Positions 10,756 to 21,144 of a DNA stretch of 64,000 bases are shown here, one piece after another. Positions within the stretch are counted from its first letter, which is position 1; each line of letters begins with the position of its first letter. This stretch comes from Candidatus Bathyarchaeota archaeon. GTDB lineage: Archaea > Thermoproteota > Bathyarchaeia > 40CM-2-53-6. A program made the position numbers and the translations under genes. The notes under the pieces were generated by a model that searched no databases, was not told where the DNA came from, and was given only the letters and a program-made list of their open reading frames with translations. The DNA lies in NCBI GenBank assembly GCA_963726255.1, contig CAVSBL010000002.1:544001-608000 (forward strand), in the 5' to 3' direction.

Positions 10756-11232
10756 TTACTTTTTCTTAACTGCCTTCTTTCCTGCCTTTTTTGCATGTGG
10801 TTTCTCTGCGGGCTTCGGGGCGGCTGGTTTGACTGTTTCGGCTGGGGGTTTGGTTTCGGCAGATCGCTTCGGTTCTTCTCCAGCCGCTTGTTTTCTTAGA
10901 GTGAAGTTGATCTGGTAGGTTTCCTCTGTTATTGTTCGCCCGCGCACGAGCTTTCTTCTTCTTTCGCCGTGCCGGGTTTGTCTGAATCCCGGCCCACCGG
11001 TGAGAACGATGTGCTTCTTTACCGCACCATGCACGTCGGGTCTCATTGGAATGCCATTCTTGTCGCATCCTCCGGAAATGAGCATTTTGCTCGAACCGAG
11101 CCCTAAGGCTGATCCATCTATTGTTTCGCCCAGGGAGCGACCGATGAGTGCTTGTGCCCTAGACCCTTCTATTTCGCTTGCGGCAGACTTGCCAGTAGTT
11201 GGGTCAGAGATAATCAGTTTGAACTTTGCCAT
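10756..11232 (-). CDS. rps6e: 30S ribosomal protein eS6 with basic tail
   Basis: FKLIISDP.TGK, ISGG.DKNGIPMR, GERRRKLVRG. Confidence 0.95.
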   Translation of the reverse strand: MAKFKLIISDPTTGKSAASEIEGSRAQALIGRSLGETIDGSALGLGSSKMLISGGCDKNGIPMRPDVHGAVKKHIVLTGGPGFRQTRHGERRRKLVRGRTITEETYQINFTLRKQAAGEEPKRSAETKPPAETVKPAAPKPAEKPHAKKAGKKAVKKK

Positions 11233-11304
11233 GACGTTGACCTGTCTGAAAGCGCGGAGCGATACTACGCTTTAAGTGCCTTTTATTAACGTTGCCAGAA
11301 TTTC

Positions 11305-11673
11305 CTACTGGGGCATGTGTCCCCGTAAGAACGCTTTCAATTCCGAGATGCTCATGAACCCATGCTCACGCCGTTCTGCACCGCCCGCTTCAAGCCAAAT
11401 GTGCTTAGCCTTTTTGCCTTCGATCCCGCGCAGAAACTCCTCCAATGCCAGCGGCTTCACTGACTGGGGCATTGCGCCAGAGTAAATCATCTCCACCAGC
11501 TTGTCCCTCTCCCCCCGGCCGAGTTTTCCTTGAAACATGAAGTAAGTCATCCGGTCACCGGCGGAGTGCAATATTCCAAAAGTCGTCGCGTCCCTAAGCT
11601 CGACAAGAAGCATCGAGTACTGGTGAATCTCACTTATTATGTGGAGCAGATCGCTCGTGGAGATCATCGTCAA
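11305..11673 (-). CDS. Hypothetical protein
   Basis: 122-aa ORF filling the gap; no motif recognised. Confidence 0.5.
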   Translation of the reverse strand: MTMISTSDLLHIISEIHQYSMLLVELRDATTFGILHSAGDRMTYFMFQGKLGRGERDKLVEMIYSGAMPQSVKPLALEEFLRGIEGKKAKHIWLEAGGAERREHGFMSISELKAFLRGHMPQ

Positions 11674-11887
11674 TCATTGTCCGGCAACACGACGAAGGTT
11701 CTCAGACTGTGAGCGCTAAAGTGCCTATTCAAGTTTGACAGCCGCGAGTAACGATATTGGACCGGGAACGCTGTTTGCGCTCTGGAGCCTTTCCGGGCCA
11801 ATATGGACTCTTGGCGCGTCACTTTGCGCAGAAACCTTCATAAAAGGCTCACAAGTGTTTACGCTTGGCAAATGTGCGGTGAAGCGA

Positions 11888-12280
11888 ATGCCAAAATCGT
11901 TCTACGTTAAGTTCGAAGTCCCAAAGGAATTGGCCGATAAAGCACTCCAAGTTGTGCAAGTGGCCAAGGATTCTGGAAAAGTCAGAAAAGGAACCAATGA
12001 AAGTACCAAGGCCATTGAACGCGCCGTTGCAAAGCTAGTCCTGATAGCGGAGGATGTTGACCCCCCTCAAGTCGTTGCGCACTTACCGATATTATGCGAT
12101 GAAAGGAAGATACCATTCCTCTTTGTGCCAAGTAAACTTGACTTAGGTCGAGCTGCTGGTATTGACGTTGGCTGTGCCGCGGTTTCAGTTCTCGATGGCG
12201 GTGAAGGTTCTAAGGCTCTGAAGGAAGTGGCAGACGCAACCCAGCAAATCAGAAAGGGCGGAGCCAAAGGTCAGGCATGA
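11888..12280 (+). CDS. rpl7ae: 50S ribosomal protein eL8 (L7Ae)
   Basis: [30 protein letters not shown]. Confidence 0.97.
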   Translation: MPKSFYVKFEVPKELADKALQVVQVAKDSGKVRKGTNESTKAIERAVAKLVLIAEDVDPPQVVAHLPILCDERKIPFLFVPSKLDLGRAAGIDVGCAAVSVLDGGEGSKALKEVADATQQIRKGGAKGQA

Positions 12281-12501
12281 GTACAGCGAAGGAACGCGCT
12301 GAAGAAGCAATCACGCCAGCCGAAGTCACCCAAATCATCGGAAGAACCGGCGTTACTGGGGAAGTGATCCAGGTTCGCGTCCGAATCCTAGAAGGCCGAG
12401 ACAAAGGCCGAGTTATCACGCGGAATATCAAAGGGCCCATCAGAACAGGCGACGTCCTAATGCTCCGCGAAACTGAGAGAGAAGCTAAGAAGATCAGGTA
12501 G
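12277..12501 (+). CDS. rps28e: 30S ribosomal protein eS28
   Basis: [31 protein letters not shown]. Confidence 0.97.
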   Translation: MSTAKERAEEAITPAEVTQIIGRTGVTGEVIQVRVRILEGRDKGRVITRNIKGPIRTGDVLMLRETEREAKKIR

Positions 12502-12518
12502 GGAGACGCGTCTGCGAC

Positions 12519-12713
12519 TTGCCCAGAACATTCACCTGTTCATTTTGCGGAAAAGACTTTCCGCAAGCCACTGGAATTATGTTCGTTCGGAATGACGGCT
12601 CGATTCTGTACTTCTGCTCCTCAAAGTGCAGGAAGAGCCTGATGGTCTACGGAAGAGATCCTAGGAAGCTAAAGTGGACCGTTTACCACGGTAAGAAGGA
12701 ACGAGGCAAGTAA
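12519..12713 (+). CDS. rpl24e: 50S ribosomal protein eL24
   Basis: CSFCG...G.MFVRNDG...FCSSKC...PRKLKWT. Confidence 0.97.
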   Translation: MPRTFTCSFCGKDFPQATGIMFVRNDGSILYFCSSKCRKSLMVYGRDPRKLKWTVYHGKKERGK

Positions 12714-12724
12714 GGTAAGGACCC

Positions 12725-13183
12725 TTGCAGACTGAGCAAACCTTCTCATTTCTTAAACCTGAGAGCGTTATGCGAGGCCTCATCGGCGAAATCGTTTCTC
12801 GTTTCGAAAAAAAGGGATTAGTTCTGCTCGGCGCCAAGCTCATTCAAATGTCTTCCGAACAAGCGCAGAAGCTATACGAAGTGCATAAGGGTAAACCGTT
12901 CTTCCAAGAACTTGTGTCCCACGTGACGTCAGGGCCAGTGTTCGCCATGGTTTGGGAAGGACCCAATGCGGTCAGCGTCGTCCGGGGTTTGGTGGGAGCT
13001 ACGAATCCCCTAAATGCTGCGCCCGGCACCGTCAGAGGTGACTTCGCCATTTCAATGACCCCAAATGCCATTCATGCCGCCGACTCGTTGGAGAACGCCA
13101 AACGTGAGATGGCCATTTTCTTCCAGACAAACGAAATCGCAAGATATTCGAAACCGACTGAGAGCCTATTCCTGCTAAAGTAG
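12725..13183 (+). CDS. ndk: Nucleoside diphosphate kinase
   Basis: KP, HKGKPFF, GATNP..AAPGTVRGDF, NAIHAADS. Confidence 0.96.
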   Translation: MQTEQTFSFLKPESVMRGLIGEIVSRFEKKGLVLLGAKLIQMSSEQAQKLYEVHKGKPFFQELVSHVTSGPVFAMVWEGPNAVSVVRGLVGATNPLNAAPGTVRGDFAISMTPNAIHAADSLENAKREMAIFFQTNEIARYSKPTESLFLLK

Positions 13184-13184
13184 T

Positions 13185-14971
13185 TTAGAAGGCCCACACA
13201 GGATTTTCCTTTCTTTTGATCTGGATCAGTTCCTTAATGGTCTCTTGGTCGCTTTCCCCGAGTTCGGCGGGGAACTTGGTCATCAGGGTTTTCAAATGTC
13301 TCTCTGGAACATCAGCGTACAGTGTATCGCCTTCGGAAACATTACGTCCAACAACGCCATCCTCTATTGAGACAGCAACCTGCACGCCGGCTACGGCTTC
13401 CTGAATATCCTTTCCCTGATCTTGTATTCTCTGCAGTTCCCCCAGCTTCCTACCTGATGATGTAATCATGTGAATTTTCGGCTTCAGCCTGCCAGTTAGT
13501 ACCTCGACGCCCACTATCGCGGGTTTACTCCTTCTGAAAATCATTCCAGTCAAGACTTTCGCTTTACAGGGTCGCACAAGAAGGTCCAGCTCGGCCTTTA
13601 CTCCCGCCGTCCGTTGCTCCTCGCTCCATCTCAGGTAATCTTCAATCATATGATAAATTATGTCGGATTGAAAGATTGGTATCCCTGCGGCCTTGGCTTC
13701 TTGTTCCGCATCTGGTAATATCTTCACATTGAAGGCCAGCACCACTGCCACGAGCCTGTCCTCCTGACCGGCGGCTTCCGCCTCAACAACATCCCTTCTT
13801 GAAACGTCTCCTATGTCGGCTAGCCGGATTTGGACATCATGCCGCGAGAGAGATTCTGTAACGGCTTCAAGCGAACCTAGTGTGTCGGTCTTCAGTATGA
13901 TACCCGACCTTTCCGCCTTGATTCGAAGCTTTTCAACCTCATCTTCAACGATCCGAACATACTCCTTCGCATTTTTTCCCTTCACGACAGCATAAAGTGG
14001 AGAACCAGCAAGCGCGGTCTCTAAGTTAGGCGCCGCGACCTTTACACCCGACGCAGCCGTAACCCTCTTCACACTTGAGAACCGGTCTCGTGGATCCCTG
14101 ATTTCATCTAAGGGCTTGGGAACCAAAATCGCCCGAACTTCAGTGATGATCGGGTGCTCTCGGCCGCCTAACACTATCGTATCATCGACCTTCAAAGACC
14201 CGTCAAATATGATTGCGTTGATCGTTGTCCCGAGGCCGGGCTCATCTCTTACTTCGAGGACGGTGCCTCTTGCTGGTCCAGAAGTAACTTGGAGCTCACT
14301 CGATAAGTATGCCTGAGTCAAGCCTGTTAGTATTGCGAGTAGTTCGGGTATGCCTTCACCGGTCTTTGCGCTCACTGGGACAATCGCTACATTCTCGGTG
14401 AAATCCGAGATCCTGTCAAACCTTTCTGCGCAAAACCAAGCCTTGACAGTGTCCCCATAAGGGTGTATATTCGGTTGTCAATTTCGGTCTGAATTTCGGG
14501 GAACTGAGTCTTGAGGGAAGTTAGGAAAGATGATTCAGGAGCAGACTTCCAGCCTTTTATCGCATCGATTTTGTTCGCTGCCACTATGAACGGTGTCTTT
14601 CGGCTTTTCAGAATGTTTAACGATTCTACGGTTTGAGGTTCGACTCCCTTGGTTAAGTCCACTACAAGGATCGCAATGTCCGCAGCAGAACCGCCCCTTC
14701 TCCTGAGGTTCGAAAAAGTCTCATGTCCAGGGGTGTCGATGAAGAGCAGCCCGGGGACTTTGAGTTCGAAATGAAACTGCTGCAACAACGGGCCGCAGAT
14801 CTCTACGATTGTCTTGCTCGGCAGTAAGCTCGCGCCAATCATTTGCGTTATTTGGCCTGCTTCTCGCTTCGCAACCGTAGTGCCCCGCAGCTTGTCCAGC
14901 AGGGTAGTCTTGCCGTGGTCTACATGACCGAGTACTACGACGATTGGTTGCCGAAGCGTCATCCTTCTCAC
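13185..14971 (-). CDS. infB: Translation initiation factor aIF5B (IF-2); 1-nt frameshift near 14432-14435
   Basis: RQPIV..LGHVDHGKT, DTPGHE, NKID; frames join as GF-x-AERFDRISDF..VPVSAKTGEG. Confidence 0.95.
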
Positions 14972-15267
14972 GCTGGTTTCGAACTTTCACGTGTGCTAAA
15001 ACGGAAGTTTCACCCTTAAACTTTGAAAGAGGGTCCGTTTTGCCGGAAGGCGGACCCCTTTTGCCCATAGCATGGGTTTAGGTGTTCCATCTTAGTTATG
15101 GCTGAGGGATTCGTGGGCCACTATTGTCGGACGTTTTGCCGTACGTTTTGCATGTGACAAGACCGGGCTGCAGCGACTTCTGGCGTTTGAGGTCTTGTTA
15201 GACCACAGAAAACATCGCTGTGCTTTTTACACCCGGCAGGTTAGGTTGCTCAGGCGTCGCGTTCGCA

Positions 15268-18135
15268 ATGGTCCTTCAACAGTCAAACGTCTTCGATGAA
15301 CTCGCAAAACCCATTCGCGATGCCATTGTAGATCGGGGCTTCACTTCTCCCACAGACCCTCAGCTAAGAGCGATTCCAGAGATCTTAGCCGGCAAGAATG
15401 TTCTGCTGATCTCGCCAACCGCTTCAGGAAAAACAGAGGCAGCGGTCCTACCTGTTCTGAGTAGGTACATTACAGATCGTGGGGAAGATCGAGGAATCAA
15501 GATACTCTACATTACCCCTCTACGGGCATTGAACCGTGACATGCTGGAACGATTCGAATGGTGGGGGAAGAAACTCGATCTGAGGATTGCGGTTCGGCAT
15601 GGGGATACGGAAGTCAAGGAAAGAACATTCCAAGCAAAGAACCCTCCAGACATGCTGATCATAACACCTGAAACGCTCCAAGCGATCTTGACCGGGCGTG
15701 TCATGAAACGCCATTTGCAAGCGGTGAACTTCGTAATAGTTGATGAGGTTCATGAGTTAGCTGAGGACAAGCGAGGAAGTCAACTCGCCCTAGCGTTAGA
15801 GCGGCTACGATGGGCAGCTATGCATGATTTTCAGGTAATCGGCCTTTCGGCCACTATAGGAACTCCTGAGAAAGTTGCTCGATTTCTGGTCGGAGTTGGC
15901 AGAGAAGTTACTATTGTCCATGTTCCAGTCGGGAGAGAGATTCACCTCGATATTACCTGTCCAAAACCTGAGGGAAGGGACATGGTGTTGGCTTCTCGAC
16001 TGTATACCCACCCTGATGTCGCGGCACGCTTGAGGCTCATGAGAGAACTGATAGAGTCTCATCGGTCCGTTATCCTCTTCACTAACACGAGGTCAATTGC
16101 GGAGATTCTTACTAGCCGAATGAAAGTCTGGGACGTTGACTTCCCCGTCTCAATTCACCACGGTTCACTTGCAAAACCGTCCCGAATTAGTGCTGAGAGG
16201 GGGCTGAAGGACGGCCAGCTCCGAGGGCTCGTCGCCACGTCATCTTTGGAGCTTGGGATTGATGTCGGTAGTGTCGACTTCGTTATTCAATACATGAGCC
16301 CGCGCCAAGTCACTAGGCTGATCCAGCGTGTGGGTAGGAGCGGTCATAGGATTGGGAGGATCGCGGACGGAATAATTGTTGCCTCAGACTCAGATGACAC
16401 GTTGGAAGCGATGGTGATCGCTCGCCGTGCTCTGGAGGAACGCCTTGAACCAGTTACAATTCCATACAAACCATTGGATGTCCTAGCCCATCAGTTAGTA
16501 GGCCTGCTGATACAGAAAGGAAGATGGTATGTCAACGAGGTTATGGACATTTTCACAAAGGCCTCCCCTTACGAACACTTAACGGAGGAAGACCTGATTG
16601 GCGTAATCAATTACATGCACTCCCGATTTCCAAGGCTGGCCTGGTATTCGGCGCAGGACAATGTAATACTAAGGCCGCGAAGGCTGAACGCGCTTTTCAC
16701 ATACTATTTTGGCAAGCTTTCCATGATACCCGACGAAAAACAGTACCTGATTATCGACCAGGGAAACGATGAAGCTGTCGGGGTTCTCGACGAAGCATTC
16801 GTGGCCGAGTACGGCGAGCCGGGACGGAAATTCATCGTCCGCGGTTCGCCTTGGAGAATGATGAGCATACGTGGAGACAAAATTTACGTCAAAGCCATTC
16901 GAGACCCGACCGGCTCAATTCCAAGTTGGGTGGGTGAAGAGATCCCTGTCCCATTTGAGATAGGCCAAGAAGTCGGCGCGACAAGACGGCGAGTAGAAGA
17001 AGGCGTTCAGGCGGGCAGGAGCGGTTCCGAGCTAGTTCAGGAGCTTTGTAGGGATTATCCGGCAGATTCTGAAACGGTAGAACGTTCATTGAGCGAAACG
17101 TTCGAACAAATCTCGCTAGGCTTGAAGGTCCCCACGGATATGCGGGTGGTTCTGGAGGACTGGGAAGACTTTGTCATAATCAACGCTCATTTCGGACTGT
17201 TGGTTAACAGGACCCTCGCTCGCTTGGTCGGGCATGTCCTGTCAGAGGAAATTGGCACCACGATAGGTGTCCAGCAGGACGCATACCGAATCGTTGTTCA
17301 AACCTCTGGGTCGGCTAACGCGTTGAAAGTTGCTGAGACGCTTCGCCGACTTGCAAGGATGGACGTTCAGACACTTGTCGTTGACGCCTCGAAGAAGACT
17401 GGCTTGTTCAAGCGCAGGCTAGTGCACGTAGCAAAGAGGTTTGGTGCCATTACCAAATGGGTAGAGTTTGGTAGCGTCAATCTCCGCCAAGTCATGAAGA
17501 GCTTCGAGGGGACGGTAATCATGGAGGAGGCTTTCAAGGAGACTATGGAGAAGGATTTGGATGTCCCGAACACTCTCCGGGTGCTGCAGAAATTCGGCAA
17601 TGAAATCGAGCTTTCAGTGGCCTCTCGAACACGAGAGGCAAGTCCAATTGCCAGGATAGGAATTGAGCGCATAAGCCGAAAAACGGACCTGATTCCACCT
17701 GAGAAAATGAAGCGAATTCTCGTTGAGTCGGCAAGGGTAAGGATACTCAATGAATCGAGAACTCTGGCATGTCCAGCCTGTCTGAGTTACGCCAAAATTC
17801 TAATGGTCAAAGATATGCCCACCGACTTCTCTTGCCCGAAATGTGGGACGGGTAAACTTGGAATCACCAGCGAACTCCCCGAACTTGTCGAGAAGATTGG
17901 ACGAAAGAGAGGACGCAACATGTCGGAACGGGAGGAAAGAGTTCGCGAGGATCTCAAAGCCAGCGCAGCACTACTCCAGAAATATGGCAAGGTGGCGGCA
18001 TATGTGCTCGCTGGAAGGAGGATAGGGCCTGGAGAAGCGAAGGTTGTCCTTAGGCGGACACATCGTGTGTCGGAGCGTCTCTATGAATCTATCATGGATG
18101 CTGAAAGGCGGGTTCTTCGCCGCAGATTTTGGTGA
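15268..18135 (+). CDS. lhr: Lhr-family SF2 helicase with C-terminal Zn ribbon
   Basis: PTASGKT, PLRALNRD, DEVH, SAT, HHGSL, SSLELGID, QRVGRSGH; CPAC/CPKC. Confidence 0.93.
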   Translation: MVLQQSNVFDELAKPIRDAIVDRGFTSPTDPQLRAIPEILAGKNVLLISPTASGKTEAAVLPVLSRYITDRGEDRGIKILYITPLRALNRDMLERFEWWGKKLDLRIAVRHGDTEVKERTFQAKNPPDMLIITPETLQAILTGRVMKRHLQAVNFVIVDEVHELAEDKRGSQLALALERLRWAAMHDFQVIGLSATIGTPEKVARFLVGVGREVTIVHVPVGREIHLDITCPKPEGRDMVLASRLYTHPDVAARLRLMRELIESHRSVILFTNTRSIAEILTSRMKVWDVDFPVSIHHGSLAKPSRISAERGLKDGQLRGLVATSSLELGIDVGSVDFVIQYMSPRQVTRLIQRVGRSGHRIGRIADGIIVASDSDDTLEAMVIARRALEERLEPVTIPYKPLDVLAHQLVGLLIQKGRWYVNEVMDIFTKASPYEHLTEEDLIGVINYMHSRFPRLAWYSAQDNVILRPRRLNALFTYYFGKLSMIPDEKQYLIIDQGNDEAVGVLDEAFVAEYGEPGRKFIVRGSPWRMMSIRGDKIYVKAIRDPTGSIPSWVGEEIPVPFEIGQEVGATRRRVEEGVQAGRSGSELVQELCRDYPADSETVERSLSETFEQISLGLKVPTDMRVVLEDWEDFVIINAHFGLLVNRTLARLVGHVLSEEIGTTIGVQQDAYRIVVQTSGSANALKVAETLRRLARMDVQTLVVDASKKTGLFKRRLVHVAKRFGAITKWVEFGSVNLRQVMKSFEGTVIMEEAFKETMEKDLDVPNTLRVLQKFGNEIELSVASRTREASPIARIGIERISRKTDLIPPEKMKRILVESARVRILNESRTLACPACLSYAKILMVKDMPTDFSCPKCGTGKLGITSELPELVEKIGRKRGRNMSEREERVREDLKASAALLQKYGKVAAYVLAGRRIGPGEAKVVLRRTHRVSERLYESIMDAERRVLRRRFW

Positions 18136-18197
18136 CTGAAAGTGGTGCGTTGGTGTACCTCCGCAAGGACGATAAGCCGGAGCGGTCAAAGGTGTTT

Positions 18198-18257
18198 GGG
18201 CAATGACGAAAGCTGGTATTGGAGTAACCTGTGATCGAAGAAACCAGACCGGAGCCC
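18198..18257 (+). ncRNA. Candidate box C/D guide sRNA
   Basis: GGGC/GCCC terminal stem around C-like ATGACGA and D-like CGGA; guides AGCTGGTATT and ACCAGAC are antisense to 16S helix-18 sequence as I recall it. Confidence 0.45.
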
Positions 18258-18350
18258 GCAACCCTTAGCTAGAGAGAGAACGGCACCGCTACCTGCCGCG
18301 AACAATTTTCAAGTCTAAGAACATTTCTTCCGCGCACGGCGTGTGGGAGC

Positions 18351-18361
18351 TTTTATATAAA
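18351..18361 (+). promoter_or_regulatory. TATA box of first ABC operon
   Basis: TTTTATATAAA about 50 nt upstream of the binding-protein start. Confidence 0.6.
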
Positions 18362-18410
18362 CAAACGACGCCTGTCTGTTCCACGGAAATTTTGGAGGAA
18401 AATAACGTAA

Positions 18411-20063
18411 ATGTCAGCTACATCGAAACGAAACACAACATACATCGCGGCAGCAGTTCTAATCGTAATCATACTTGCCGGAGTAGGCTACTACTTCTAC
18501 TCATCACCGAGCGCTCCCACCATGACTACTCAATCGATGCCCACTTACAAGGACACTATCGTGATAGGCACAACCGACACAGTCCAGACCACACTTGACC
18601 CGGCGGACGCATACGACTACTTCGCACAAAGCGTAATCATGACCAACATAGCCAACGGGCTCGTCGAATATAGACCGGGAACAACAGAATTTGTGCCAGC
18701 GTTGGCGACAGATTGGAGCGTAAGCCCAGATGGCCTCACGTGGACATTCAACCTGCGGCAGGGCGTAAAATTTGCGGACGGAACACCATTCGATGCAAAC
18801 GTCATGAAGTATACCATGGATAGAGAGTTTGCAATAGACGAACCATCAGGTCCATTCGCGGGAGTCGGTCTTGACACACTAATCAACAAAACTATTGTGA
18901 CAAGCCAATACCAAGTTCAATTCGTTCTTAACGAGCCCTTCTCAGCGTTCTTGGCGATGGTCGCCTTCCAAGCCATGTGGCCAGTCAACCCGAATGTGGC
19001 TCCTATGCATTCTATTGTGAACTACACTGGAGATGTGAAAACAGAAGTCAACACAAACATCGGAGCGTACATGGTGACCGCTTGGCAAAGAACAGGCGGC
19101 AAGGATGTTGAGATCGATCTACAGGCAAATCCAAACTATTGGAACGCGTCAGGTGGTAATCCCAAGACAAAGAACATAATTTTCAAGATCTACTCCGACT
19201 CAACATCACTCAACCTGGCTATGCAGAGTGGTGCGATCGATATCGCGTACAGACAGCTCTCCCCAACTGACAATCAGGCGTACCAGACAAACGCGAACTT
19301 CAAGTTCTGGGAAGGTCCAGGCACATTCATACAATATCTTTGTTTCAACTTGAAATCACCGCCGTTCGACAACGTTGCGGTGAGGCAAGCAGTCGCGGCG
19401 GGTATTGACAGGTCCCTCATAACTAACACGGTCTTTCTAGGACAGATGGTCCCGTTGTACAGCATGATACCTGCTGGAATGTCCTATCATGAGGATGCGT
19501 TCAAGACTTACGGCGACGCGAACGTAGCCCAAGCTACGTCGTTGCTGCAAAGCGCAGGTTACAGTGCCTCAAACCCATTGAAGTTCACTTTGACATACCC
19601 CACTGGGCACTACTCGTCGACAGACGGGATTTCTTCTGCAATTAAGCAGGCGCTCGAAAAGACTGGGATGGTACAGGTTACACTCGCCAGTGAACCCTGG
19701 GCAAACTACAAGGCAAGTACGCAGTCGGATCAACTTCAGGCGTATATTTACGGTTGGTACCCTGACTTTTTGGATCCGTTCGATTACACGCAACCATTTC
19801 TGCCAGCAGACGGCCGCGGTTTCCTGAACACGCACTACGTCAGCCCCGACATGACAGCACTGATTAAGACAGTGGGTTCATCCACTGACACGAGTGTGCT
19901 GGCTACGACGTACACGAGCATCCAGGAGTTGACCGCCAAAGACGCGCCAGTAGTGCCTCTCTTTCAAGGCAAAAGCACTGCTGTAAGCAATCTCAAGGTT
20001 GGCGGAATCGTACTGGACGCCACAATCTGGTTCAGAGCCTACTTGTTGTGGGAAACGACATAG
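18411..20063 (+). CDS. Peptide/nickel ABC transporter substrate-binding protein (family 5)
   Basis: N-terminal TM anchor, LDPA, LAT.W.VS.DG.TWTF.LR.GVKF.DGTPF, GWYPD. Confidence 0.93.
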   Translation: MSATSKRNTTYIAAAVLIVIILAGVGYYFYSSPSAPTMTTQSMPTYKDTIVIGTTDTVQTTLDPADAYDYFAQSVIMTNIANGLVEYRPGTTEFVPALATDWSVSPDGLTWTFNLRQGVKFADGTPFDANVMKYTMDREFAIDEPSGPFAGVGLDTLINKTIVTSQYQVQFVLNEPFSAFLAMVAFQAMWPVNPNVAPMHSIVNYTGDVKTEVNTNIGAYMVTAWQRTGGKDVEIDLQANPNYWNASGGNPKTKNIIFKIYSDSTSLNLAMQSGAIDIAYRQLSPTDNQAYQTNANFKFWEGPGTFIQYLCFNLKSPPFDNVAVRQAVAAGIDRSLITNTVFLGQMVPLYSMIPAGMSYHEDAFKTYGDANVAQATSLLQSAGYSASNPLKFTLTYPTGHYSSTDGISSAIKQALEKTGMVQVTLASEPWANYKASTQSDQLQAYIYGWYPDFLDPFDYTQPFLPADGRGFLNTHYVSPDMTALIKTVGSSTDTSVLATTYTSIQELTAKDAPVVPLFQGKSTAVSNLKVGGIVLDATIWFRAYLLWETT

Positions 20064-20112
20064 AAATCCTCTGGGTAAGTTTAAAACCCAGCCTCCACTC
20101 CCTCCCTTTTTT

Positions 20113-21144
20113 GTGGGCTTAAGAGATTACGTAATCACTAGGATACTACTAACAATCCCAATGATTATGATTTTGCTTTCGATCGTATTCATAATCATGA
20201 GGGTTTTACCAGGCAACCCTGTGTTGCTTAGGTTTGAGAAGAACGCCGACCCGGCATTGATAGCATCGTATACCCATCAGCTCGGGTTGGACAGGCCACT
20301 GTATCTCCAGTATGTTGATTACCTTTGGGGTCTTTTGCACGGCAACTTTGGAGTCTCGATGGCAGGGGATTTCGCACCAGTTGGCCCCCAAATACTCTCC
20401 AGATTTCCTGCTACCCTTGAATTGACGTTTTACGCGTTCATCGTAGCAGTACTAGTAGGAGTCTTCTTGGGCGCGTTTGGTGCTCGTAGGGGGGGTGCTC
20501 CTGACGAGTCCGTCAAGGTGTTCGGTATCCTCATCTACGCTTTTCCTGTTTTCTTTCTTGGCATGATACTTCAACTAGTGTTTGGAATTTGGGTTCATCT
20601 CTTGCCAGTAACAGGAAGACTTAGTGCGGGGATTCAGCCCACGGGGCTGTCGATTAACGGAGTTCAATATCAAACTGGCATATACACGCTCGATAGCCTC
20701 CTGGCGGGCAATGTCATCGAACTCATAGATGCGGTTAGGCATTTGATCCTTCCCTGTCTCGCTCTTGGCTTGGTTATCTCCGGAGTATTTGTGAGGATGA
20801 CCCGGGCAAATATGATGGAAACAATGAGGTCAGATTTTGTCACGGCTGCCCGTGCAAGGGGATTGAAAGAGAGAACTGTCGTGTATGCTTACGCACTTAG
20901 GAATGCGATGCTTCCGATCGTTACAATCATGGGGTTGCAGTTTGCCGTTTTGCTTAGTGGCGCGATACTTACTGAGACTGAGTTTAGTATTCTTGGGCTT
21001 GGGACCTACCTGATTGACAGGATAAATTTCAGGGATTACACAGCCGTCCAAGGCACCGTCGTTTTTCTCGCTCTTCTGATATCCTCTGTGAGCCTCATCG
21101 TTGACATCCTGTACGCCTATCTCGATCCCAGGGTTAGACTATGA
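20113..21144 (+). CDS. ABC permease (OppB/DppB-like)
   Basis: LPG.P, GLD.PL..QY, EAA loop ARARGL, LDPR. Confidence 0.93.
   Translation: MGLRDYVITRILLTIPMIMILLSIVFIIMRVLPGNPVLLRFEKNADPALIASYTHQLGLDRPLYLQYVDYLWGLLHGNFGVSMAGDFAPVGPQILSRFPATLELTFYAFIVAVLVGVFLGAFGARRGGAPDESVKVFGILIYAFPVFFLGMILQLVFGIWVHLLPVTGRLSAGIQPTGLSINGVQYQTGIYTLDSLLAGNVIELIDAVRHLILPCLALGLVISGVFVRMTRANMMETMRSDFVTAARARGLKERTVVYAYALRNAMLPIVTIMGLQFAVLLSGAILTETEFSILGLGTYLIDRINFRDYTAVQGTVVFLALLISSVSLIVDILYAYLDPRVRL

Noticed and set aside
14375-14440. Split aIF5B
   Set aside because: A single missing base at a T run restores GFxAERFDRI; probable sequencing error.
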